NCBI GenBank assembly: GCA_046757165.1
Contig: JBHHXT010000132.1
Location: 1-12,810 of the forward strand
Source: a bacterium
Lineage (GTDB): Bacteria > Zhuqueibacterota > Zhuqueibacteria > Oceanimicrobiales > Oceanimicrobiaceae
Length of the DNA stretch: 12,810 nucleotides
Direction: 5' to 3'
Shown: in pieces, positions 1-6,607 of the stretch
Layout: each line of letters opens with the position of its first letter
Numbering within the stretch: the first letter of the stretch is position 1
The notes under the pieces: generated by a model
What the model saw: only the letters and a program-made list of their open reading frames with translations
What the model was told of the DNA's origin: nothing
Databases searched by the model: none
Program-made: the position numbers and the translations under genes

Positions 1-72
1 TGTGGCGGGAAGTCTGAGGAGCCCACGGCAACCAACGAACCCACCATCACTTCGGAAGAGAATGCCGGATGA
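1..72 (+). other. Partial reading frame entering from the left edge (CGGKSEEPTATNEPTITSEENAG*); resembles the segment just after a lipoprotein Cys
   Basis: Frame 1 is open from base 1 to TGA at 70-72. It has a CGG start and a low-complexity S/E/P/T linker. Any signal peptide lies outside the window and cannot be confirmed. Confidence 0.3.
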
Positions 73-215
73 TAGAAGATGCGCTTCAATTTGCCGGGAA
101 GCCGGTAGAGCTTATGATTTACCCACCGTACCAGGACGATGGCCACCAGATGTTGTTTGAAGTGGGAGAGTACTGCAATGACGTGCGGACGTTCTTGCAG
201 ACGCATCTAAGATGA
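69..215 (+). pseudogene. Orphan C-terminal fragment of an alpha/beta hydrolase (dienelactone hydrolase/peptidase S9-like)
   Basis: My translation (too short for the ORF track) is MIEDALQFAGKPVELMIYPPYQDDGHQMLFEVGEYCNDVRTFLQTHLR*. It fits the family C-terminus AL..AGK.VEL.IYP....GH (catalytic His)...V..FL..HL. This frame is closed upstream by TGA at 15-17, so the Ser/Cys and Asp parts of the triad are missing. Confidence 0.6.
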
Positions 216-231
216 TGGAATGAAGCCTTTG

Positions 232-304
232 TGCGTCGTCAGGGAATCGAACCCCGAACCTTGGGCTTAAGAGGCCCCTGCTCTGCCAGTTGAGCTAACG
301 ACGC
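232..304 (-). tRNA. tRNA-Lys, anticodon CTT; CCA not encoded
   Basis: Reverse complement folds as GCGTCGT TA GCTC AACTGGCA GAGC A GGGGC CTCTTAA GCCCA AGGTT CGGGG TTCGATT CCCTG ACGACGC A. Full 73-nt cloverleaf, discriminator A, followed by CAA. Confidence 0.96.
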
Positions 305-313
305 ATGCAGAAG

Positions 314-386
314 TGAGGGTAGAAGGATTCGAACCTTCGGCCAACGGCTTAAAAGGCCGCTGCTCTACCGGCTGAGCTATACCCTC
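314..386 (-). tRNA. tRNA-Lys, anticodon TTT; CCA not encoded
   Basis: Reverse complement folds as GAGGGTA TA GCTC AGCCGGTA GAGC A GCGGC CTTTTAA GCCGT TGGCC GAAGG TTCGAAT CCTTC TACCCTC A. Full 73-nt cloverleaf, followed by CTT, with a 9-nt spacer to the next tRNA. Confidence 0.97.
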
Positions 387-410
387 GCACGCCTGTCAAA
401 AATAAAACGG

Positions 411-439
411 AATATAAACATAATCGTGCTTCGAGTCAA
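411..439 (-). promoter_or_regulatory. sigma70-type promoter of the tRNA-Lys pair
   Basis: Minus strand TTGACT (439-434), 17-nt spacer, TATATT (416-411), ending 24 nt upstream of the first tRNA. Confidence 0.8.
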
Positions 440-582
440 CAAAAATATCGTACATCGAAGATTTTGTTGATATTGCGTCCACACGGATCAAAAGACCACA
501 CGGGAACGTTTTTCTATTCATCCAGGTTAGTATCTTTATCCACACGCAACGGCATCGTACGATTCTGAAATGAGAAATCTCA

Positions 583-909
583 ATGGCTGAGTCTCACGAC
601 CGGGACCCTGAAAAGGACGACCCGGGAGAGGATGAAAACGTGCCAGAGTACGTCCACGTCACCGATGTCCTGGATTTGCACGGCTTCTTCCCTGAGCAAA
701 TACCGGAGGTGATCGAGGCGTTCATCGACAACGCGCTCTCCCTGCGGTTGTCGGAGCTGTCCATCATCCACGGCAAAGGCAAAAGCAAACTCAAGTACCT
801 GGTCCGCCGGGAGCTCTCGGGAAATCCGCATGTGGTGGAATTCCGGGATGCGCCACCGGAGCTGGGCGGCTGGGGCAGAACGGTGGTGGTGTTGAAGGAG
901 CCGGAGTGA
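583..909 (+). CDS. Stand-alone Smr (small MutS-related) domain protein, putative endonuclease, 108 aa
   Basis: Motifs LDLHG, IIHGKGK and GGWGRTVV, with a short acidic N-terminal extension. Confidence 0.92.
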   Translation: MAESHDRDPEKDDPGEDENVPEYVHVTDVLDLHGFFPEQIPEVIEAFIDNALSLRLSELSIIHGKGKSKLKYLVRRELSGNPHVVEFRDAPPELGGWGRTVVVLKEPE

Positions 910-1029
910 GGTCGCTGGCCCGGCGGCTCACTGCTGGGGCGCCAGATGTTCCGGCTGGAAAACAATCCTGAGCCGGAGGAGCCGGACCAAAAGGGCTTTT
1001 CCTACACTGAATGGTTCCTGCCGGGGGGC

Positions 1030-1086
1030 GGTGTACAAGCTTCAGCTTGCTGGGGCAGGGGGAAAACACGCTAAAGCGTGAACACC
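1030..1086. repeat. REP doublet (REPIN-like inverted pair of short hairpins)
   Basis: Arm A (1030-1049) GGTGTA-CAAGC-TTCA-GCTTG. Arm B (1067-1086), read on the minus strand, GGTGTT-CACGC-TTTA-GCGTG. The stems differ by a compensatory A:T/C:G change. It lies between convergent genes, and a second, interrupted copy is at 11073-11235. Confidence 0.8.
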
Positions 1087-1105
1087 CCTCTGTGGATGTC
1101 TGGCG

Positions 1106-1633
1106 CTAAGCACCCAGTTCTTGCAATGTTTCCTTGAACACGTTGAACGCTGAGCGGCCATATAAACAAAAAACGACTTTTTCCAGCCGGGTCTCGCGCC
1201 GCAAGTATTCAATCGCCGCCATCAACATGATCTCCGCACAACGTTCGATAGGAAAGCCAAAGATGCCGGTGCTGATGGCCGGAAACGCGATGCTACGCAG
1301 TTGATTGTCGTCGGCCACGGTTAAGCTGCTGAGGGTAGCGTTTCTGAGCTTGGCATCTTCGTCCCCCTCGCCCATGCGTGGCCCGACGGCGTGAATAACA
1401 TGCCTGGCCGGCAGATTGCCGGCCCCCGTGATCACCGCGCCCCCGACCGGGCAGTGGCCGATGTTGGAGCACTCTTGCTGGATGGATGGCCCGCCTTTGA
1501 AACGGATGGCGCCTGCCACACCCCCTCCCAACAAGAGCGCCGAATTGGCGGCGTTGACAATAGCATCAGTGCTCAGGTCGGTGATGTCCCCTTCGGCGAG
1601 CTCGAGGGCTTTGTTGTTGATCTGAATCTGCAT
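1106..1633 (-). CDS. Macrodomain protein (YmdB/MacroD-like O-acetyl-ADP-ribose deacetylase / ADP-ribosyl hydrolase), 175 aa
   Basis: Motifs GDIT, DAIVNAAN, GGGVAGAI, VIHAVGP and FPAISTGIFGFP. Start moved to ATG 1633 (MQIQIN...) because the track's TTG at 1705 coincides with a -35 box. Confidence 0.93.
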   Translation of the reverse strand: MQIQINNKALELAEGDITDLSTDAIVNAANSALLLGGGVAGAIRFKGGPSIQQECSNIGHCPVGGAVITGAGNLPARHVIHAVGPRMGEGDEDAKLRNATLSSLTVADDNQLRSIAFPAISTGIFGFPIERCAEIMLMAAIEYLRRETRLEKVVFCLYGRSAFNVFKETLQELGA

Positions 1634-1676
1634 GGTTGTCCAGAAAGGTATGATGACAATTATGAGGAATTTATTG

Positions 1677-1705
1677 AAAATAGCAAAGACCGGCACAAAA
1701 GTCAA
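1677..1705 (-). promoter_or_regulatory. sigma70-type promoter of the macrodomain gene
   Basis: Minus strand TTGACT (1705-1700), 17-nt spacer, TATTTT (1682-1677), with an extended -10 TGn. Confidence 0.65.
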
Positions 1706-1776
1706 TCCGGCTCAACAAGTTATTTTCGGCCGGATTTTTAGGCGCTGACGAGTTCTTTTGTGCCACTTTTTGGTAA

Positions 1777-1819
1777 GCCCCGACTGTCCTGATTGTATTC
1801 CTGAGATGACTGTCGGGGC
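1777..1819. terminator. GC-rich stem-loop, possible terminator downstream of the response regulator
   Basis: GCCCCGACTGTC ... GACTGTCGGGGC pair at 11/12 positions. The T-run (1824-1829) is on the plus strand only, so the direction of action is uncertain. Confidence 0.35.
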
Positions 1820-1827
1820 ACGGTTTT

Positions 1828-1862
1828 TTCGAATTTGGAACTTCGGCTTTAGAACTTCCGAT
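1828..1862. repeat. Degenerate tandem heptamer array (approx. TTNGAAY x5)
   Basis: In register: TTCGAAT TTGGAAC TTCGGCT TTAGAAC TTCCGAT. Two more units, TTGGAAT TGCGGAT, at 1880-1893. Confidence 0.5.
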
Positions 1863-1937
1863 TTGTCCGGGTTGATGATTTGGAATTGCGGATGTCAACC
1901 AGGTGGCGCCCCTGTGCGGCATAAAGATCGGGGGCGC

Positions 1938-2348
1938 TCAAGGCGTGGCCCCGGCACTGATCAGCTCGATCTCATGCAATTTTTCGTACAACCCCCGCTT
2001 CGTCAAGGGTTTGGAAATGTAGCCATCGCAGAGCTGCATGAATGCCTTTAGAATCGTGTCGTTATCTGACTTTGCCGAGGCCATCAATATCTTGGTCCCC
2101 TCGCCAACTTGCACCCCCTCTTTTTTCTCGATCTCACGAAGCTTTAGAAGGGTCTCGTGGCCATTCATTCTGGGCATCATGATGTCGAGGCAAATCAGAT
2201 CAAACGGGAGATGCTCCCGGAACGATTTCCGGAAAGCCTTGATGGCTTCCTTTCCGTCTGACGCCGTCTCGCATTCCCCCACGGGTTCGAGATACTTCTT
2301 CATCAGGTTGATGCTGGCCAAATCATCATCAACGATTAGTATACGCAT
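1938..2348 (-). CDS. Single-domain (CheY-like) response regulator receiver protein, 136 aa
   Basis: ILIVDDD, phospho-acceptor in LICLDIMMPRMNG, conserved Ser (MASA) and YISKP. RBS AAGGAG 8 nt upstream. Confidence 0.93.
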   Translation of the reverse strand: MRILIVDDDLASINLMKKYLEPVGECETASDGKEAIKAFRKSFREHLPFDLICLDIMMPRMNGHETLLKLREIEKKEGVQVGEGTKILMASAKSDNDTILKAFMQLCDGYISKPLTKRGLYEKLHEIELISAGATP

Positions 2349-2500
2349 CTGTCATGCTCCTTACCAAACTTTGCAGATTCTTTGTAACTTCAGACATCCA
2401 CTATTATCGGTCACGATGGAGGATTATGAACCCGATTGGCGGAAGTCACGCCTACTTTCGGTTCTCAGGAATCCGCTCACTTCCGGAAGACAGCAGCAGC

Positions 2501-4516
2501 TCAACCACTCTTCATTTCCCCATAGCCGGTGCGCAGCTTACGTCGCATGAGTTTGTTGGAGGCGGTACGCGGCAGTGTGTCAACGACGACCAGATCATGA
2601 ATTTTGAACAGAGGATTGAGTGTCCTGGCGATCAGGGCACCCAGCTCCTTTTTCAATTGCTCCTTCTCGAGTTGTGATTCGAGAACAACGAAGACCACCA
2701 GTTTTTCCTGGCCTTCACCTTCCGGCTGAACGGCAACAGCAGCGCTTTCGTACACAGCCTCGTGTGTGTCGAGCGCCTCTTCCAGCTCGAGAGAGCTCAC
2801 CTTGATGCCGCCCAGGTTCATCGTGTCATCCGCCCGGCCCTGTGCCCGGTAGAATCCTTTGTGCAGCCGGGCCATCTGGTCCCCGTGGCGGCGCACGACC
2901 TCGCCGTTCGGTCCGGCCGGACAGCCGCTGTAGTAGACGGTCTCGTGGTCCTTGTTGAGAAGCTCCTGTGACAAGCCGATGGCCGGCGGAATCAGGAAAA
3001 GCTCCCCCATTTCCCCTTCGACGACGGGACTACCGCCCTCATCCAGGATGACGAAATCGATCCCCAGGGCAGGGGTGGTAAAGGTGGCGGGGGAGGCGGG
3101 CTGGACAACGGTGCCCGTAATGTGACCGCCACCGATCTCGGTACCGCCGAGGTACTCGATCACCGGCGCCCGATAGCAGGCACGGCTCATCAGCCACAGG
3201 TAGTCTTCGCGGTTGGAGGGCTCACCCGTCGAGCTGAAGACCTTGATCTTGTCCCACTCGGCTTTTTGCAGCAGACCGGAGGTGCGCCAGGCGCGCACCA
3301 GCGAGGGCACGACACCGAGCACGGCCACCCGTGCCTGCCGGATAAAGGTCACAAACCCTTCGCCCATGGGCGCGCCCTCGTAGAGCGCCAGGGTTGCGTT
3401 GTTGATAAAGGTGGCATAGATCAGCCAGGGCCCCATCATCCAGCCGATGTTGGTCGGCCACGCCACAACGTCTTGCGGTTGGATATCCTGGTGGAAGTGG
3501 CCATCCATCGCGCATTTGATCGGCGTCAAATGGGTCCAGGGGATCGCCTTCGGCGTGCCGGTGGTGCCCGAGGAGAACAAAATATTGCTCACGCAGTACG
3601 GATCTGCAGCCAAAGACACAAACCCATCGTCTGCTGACAGCAGCTCAGCCCAGCTCAGGTCGTTCTCACGCAAATCCTCGCTAACCCCGGAGTGAGCGCC
3701 GGCTGCGGGAATAACGATGGCTGTGGGAGCCGCCGCCGCTTTGACTTTTTCGTACAGCTCAATGGTTCGGCCGGCTCGAACGTAGCTCTCGACGGTTACG
3801 ATGCCACGGGCGTTGGCGATCTCGAGGCGTTTGCTCACTTCCGTTGGTGAGAAGCTGTCAGCGATGGAGACCACCACGCAGCCGGAGCGCACGATTCCCA
3901 GGTAGGCGGCCACACACTCGACGGTCATCGGCATGTAGAGGGCAATCGCCGCGCCGGCCTCAAACCCGTGCTCGCGCAACCCGTTGGCGACCTGGTTGAC
4001 CAACCGCTCCAGCTCGCCGTAGGTGATGGCGCGGTGCTTTGCGGTCGTTTCCTGGCCTGAAATGATCGCCGGCTTGTCGGCATTGGCGGTAAAACAACTG
4101 TCGACGCAATTCAGCTCGGCGCCAGGTAGCCAGCACGGGTTTTTCACCTCATGCTCATCCTCCAGGATACGGCCCGGTGCCTTCTTGAACCGGATCCCCA
4201 GGCGCGCAATCACTTTCTGCCAAAAGTCTGCCCGGTTTTGTACCGACCAGCGGTGCAGTTCGGCGTAGCTCTCGAACCCGAGCGCTTTCATAAAGACAGC
4301 CAGATTGGAGCGCGCGAGCTGTTCCTTTCCTGGTTGCCAGGCGAGCGGCGGGCCATCTTGCTCTGTGCGGCCGGCGTAGATTCCCCTGAACCGTGCCCAG
4401 TGCTGCTCGAACGGCTGCTCCGGTCCGTCGAAGAGCTGCTGCACAAACCGTTGCCATCTGGCGTCCTGCTGCGCGGGATTCGATTTGCGCGCAAAGGGTT
4501 TGTTTTTGTCGGTCAT
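2501..4516 (-). CDS. AMP-forming acyl-CoA synthetase (acetate-CoA ligase superfamily, plant AAE17/AAE18-like), 671 aa
   Basis: AMP-binding motif ILFSSGTTGTPKAI, plus YLGGTE, GRADD and the terminal LPRTASNKLMRR with the catalytic Lys. RBS GGAG at 4529-4526. Confidence 0.92.
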   Translation of the reverse strand: MTDKNKPFARKSNPAQQDARWQRFVQQLFDGPEQPFEQHWARFRGIYAGRTEQDGPPLAWQPGKEQLARSNLAVFMKALGFESYAELHRWSVQNRADFWQKVIARLGIRFKKAPGRILEDEHEVKNPCWLPGAELNCVDSCFTANADKPAIISGQETTAKHRAITYGELERLVNQVANGLREHGFEAGAAIALYMPMTVECVAAYLGIVRSGCVVVSIADSFSPTEVSKRLEIANARGIVTVESYVRAGRTIELYEKVKAAAAPTAIVIPAAGAHSGVSEDLRENDLSWAELLSADDGFVSLAADPYCVSNILFSSGTTGTPKAIPWTHLTPIKCAMDGHFHQDIQPQDVVAWPTNIGWMMGPWLIYATFINNATLALYEGAPMGEGFVTFIRQARVAVLGVVPSLVRAWRTSGLLQKAEWDKIKVFSSTGEPSNREDYLWLMSRACYRAPVIEYLGGTEIGGGHITGTVVQPASPATFTTPALGIDFVILDEGGSPVVEGEMGELFLIPPAIGLSQELLNKDHETVYYSGCPAGPNGEVVRRHGDQMARLHKGFYRAQGRADDTMNLGGIKVSSLELEEALDTHEAVYESAAVAVQPEGEGQEKLVVFVVLESQLEKEQLKKELGALIARTLNPLFKIHDLVVVDTLPRTASNKLMRRKLRTGYGEMKSG

Positions 4517-4585
4517 GAGTCAGGACTCCATGCGTTAATCTCTCTACAATCCGAATAGGCGTATTTGCGACCTAACAGGATCCAA

Positions 4586-4754
4586 GGGGCTGTCCCAAAA
4601 TCCCCGAAATGTCATTCCGATCGAAGGGAGGAATCTGACTGTGCACCAATCGTAGGGTTTTGGACAACAATTGTTTACACCGCAGTCCCTTGCCCTAAAA
4701 GATTTCTCGCATTCGCTCGAAATGACAGGCACAGGGGCCTTTTTAGACAGCCCC
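4586..4754. mobile_element. Non-autonomous MITE-like element (169 bp) with IS1182/IS5-like ends
   Basis: TIRs GGGGCTGTCCCAAAA (4586-4600) and TTTTTAGACAGCCCC (4740-4754) match 13/15. No credible ORF. The IS-family label comes from recalled G(A/G)G(G/C)CTGT..AAAA termini. Confidence 0.7.
4610..4727. repeat. Inverted doublet of CGTC/TGTC-tagged palindromic repeats inside the MITE
   Basis: TGTCATTCCGATCGAAGGGAGGAATCT (4610-4636) and AGATTTCTCGCATTCGCTCGAAATGACA (4700-4727; reverse complement TGTCATTTCGAGCGAATGCGAGAAATCT). Confidence 0.75.
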
Positions 4755-4846
4755 TTTGGTGTTTTGGACCGGCACCCCGGGCCTCAGAATACACGGTCAG
4801 AGACCGCGCAGGTTCGGTCGCTCTGCGCGGCCTGATACTTTCCTGA

Positions 4847-6514
4847 TTATCCCCGTACGGACGGGGCCTCTTTTTGGACCTGAATAACGGTATGGGTCTC
4901 AGCTCGAATAGCGCCCGCGCCTATTCCGGCAGATGCATGTTCAAAGCTGTTTGGAGAGGCAGCGTGGCAGGCACGTTTGTATGAGCTTGGCAGGTCTTCC
5001 TTGAGCAAGTCCCCATGGCTTAGGAATTCATATATCTCTCCGTAGTGTTTGATCTCAGTGGGACTGGTGCGCCTCATGATGTGCCAGGGACGCAGGTCAG
5101 CGGGATGGGCAATCCCCATGGCGCCGATGATTTCGCCCACACTCTTCAAGTTCTCATGATGAAAGTGTGCGACTCTGGTACTCTTGTCCTCGACCACCAG
5201 ACCGGCCACCAGAGCAGGGTTCTGCGTGGTCACGCCGACCGGACAGCGGTTGGAATTGCATTTCAGCGCCTGAATGCAGCCCAACGCCATCATCATCCCC
5301 CGTGCAGAATAACAAATATCTGCGCCCAAAGCAAGCCGTTTCACCATGCCAAAGCCTGTGAGCACTTTTCCGCTGGCCAGAATGCGGATCTTATCGCGCA
5401 GTGAAAACCCAACGAGCGCGTTGTGGACAAAGATCAGACTGTCGATGAGCGGTGCGCCGATATGATTGGTGAATTCCAGCGGGGCCGCGCCGGTTCCCCC
5501 CTCCCCCCCATCGACGGTGATAAAGTCCGGGGTGATCCCTGTTTTCACCATCGCTTTGCACAGGGCCAGGAACTCACGACGTTTCCCCACGCAAAGCTTG
5601 AACCCGGTCGGTTTACCGCCGGAGAGTGAACGGAGCTTCGCGACAAACTGCAGCAACTCGATGGGCGTTGCAAACGCGGAATGGGCCGGCGGTGACAGGA
5701 CATCCTGCCCCATGGGCACGCCGCGGATCTCGGCGATCTCCCGGGTGAGCTTGGCGGCCGGCAGAATACCACCATGCCCGGGCTTGGCGCCTTGAGAGAG
5801 TTTGACCTCGAGCATTTTGACATTGGGGTGAACCGCTTTTTCGGCAAATGTTTCCGGGCAGAATTTCCCATCCTGCGTGCGGCAGCCGAAATAGCCGGTT
5901 CCAATTTGCCAGATCAGGTCGCCGCCACCTTCGAGATGATACGGACTAAGCCCTCCTTCGCCGGTATTGTGGGCAAATTGCCCCATCATCGCGCCCCGGC
6001 TGAGAGCCAGAACGGCGTTTTTACTCAACGCGCCAAAGCTCATGGCTGAAATATTGAAAAGGCTGGCAGAGTACGGTTGCTCGCAATCCGGCCCGCCGAC
6101 TGTTACGCGCAATTCTCCCGGCTCCAAATGGAGCGGTTTCATCGAGTGGTTTACCCATTCATAGCCTACCTCATAGACGTCCTTCAAAGTCCCGAAGGGA
6201 ACGGTATCGCGTACGCGTTTAGCACGCTGATAGACCACAGAGCGCTGGTCCCGACTAAAGGGCCGTCCATCTGTATCAGATTCTATGAAGTATTGCGAAA
6301 TCTCCGGGCGTATGGATTCGAGCAGATATCGGAAATGGCCGAGTATGGGAAAATTCCTCAATACCGCACGCCTTCTCTGGAAATAGTCATAGCACCCAAT
6401 CGCAATGACCGGCCCCAAAAACACCATGGACCAGAGCACTCGCGGGTAAATGATGGCCACAAATCCGTTGAGGAGAAGGATACTTACTGTTCCAAGGACA
6501 AAATACTTACGCAT
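4847..6514 (-). CDS. FMN-binding glutamate synthase family protein (stand-alone FMN/3Fe-4S domain with N-terminal membrane anchor), 555 aa
   Basis: Motifs SAMSFGALS, NTGEGG, KLSQGAKPGHGGILP, DGGEGGTGAAP and the Cys cluster CIQALKCNSNRCPVGV. Two hydrophobic N-terminal segments. No glutamine amidotransferase domain. Confidence 0.93.
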   Translation of the reverse strand: MRKYFVLGTVSILLLNGFVAIIYPRVLWSMVFLGPVIAIGCYDYFQRRRAVLRNFPILGHFRYLLESIRPEISQYFIESDTDGRPFSRDQRSVVYQRAKRVRDTVPFGTLKDVYEVGYEWVNHSMKPLHLEPGELRVTVGGPDCEQPYSASLFNISAMSFGALSKNAVLALSRGAMMGQFAHNTGEGGLSPYHLEGGGDLIWQIGTGYFGCRTQDGKFCPETFAEKAVHPNVKMLEVKLSQGAKPGHGGILPAAKLTREIAEIRGVPMGQDVLSPPAHSAFATPIELLQFVAKLRSLSGGKPTGFKLCVGKRREFLALCKAMVKTGITPDFITVDGGEGGTGAAPLEFTNHIGAPLIDSLIFVHNALVGFSLRDKIRILASGKVLTGFGMVKRLALGADICYSARGMMMALGCIQALKCNSNRCPVGVTTQNPALVAGLVVEDKSTRVAHFHHENLKSVGEIIGAMGIAHPADLRPWHIMRRTSPTEIKHYGEIYEFLSHGDLLKEDLPSSYKRACHAASPNSFEHASAGIGAGAIRAETHTVIQVQKEAPSVRG

Positions 6515-6607
6515 CTTTTCACATCACCTTTTTGTACTTACCATACCTAAGCCGGACAATCCGGAAACTCGAAAAAAAAGTGTGGCTCAAAAAAGTCTTT
6601 CCAGAAG

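Noticed and set aside
536..544. oriC suggested by perfect DnaA boxes (also 12048-12056)
   Set aside because: The boxes are isolated and 11.5 kb apart, one lies inside a coding relic, and there is no box cluster or dnaA context.
1634..1705. 24-aa hydrophobic N-terminal extension of the macrodomain ORF (apparent signal or TM segment)
   Set aside because: The TTG is the -35 box of a good promoter and the hydrophobicity reflects AT-rich promoter DNA. ATG 1633 gives a normal-length macrodomain.
4804..4830. CCGCGCAG/CTGCGCGG hairpin as terminator of the glutamate-synthase-family gene
   Set aside because: The position fits, but no U-tract follows on the minus strand, so it is not called.
4544..4846. 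Short ORFs 4544-4732 and 4565-4846
   Set aside because: They run through the MITE and REP repeats and have no RBS or protein-like features.
4847..6514. gltB call
   Set aside because: Only the FMN/Fe-S domain is present (555 aa); there is no amidotransferase domain.
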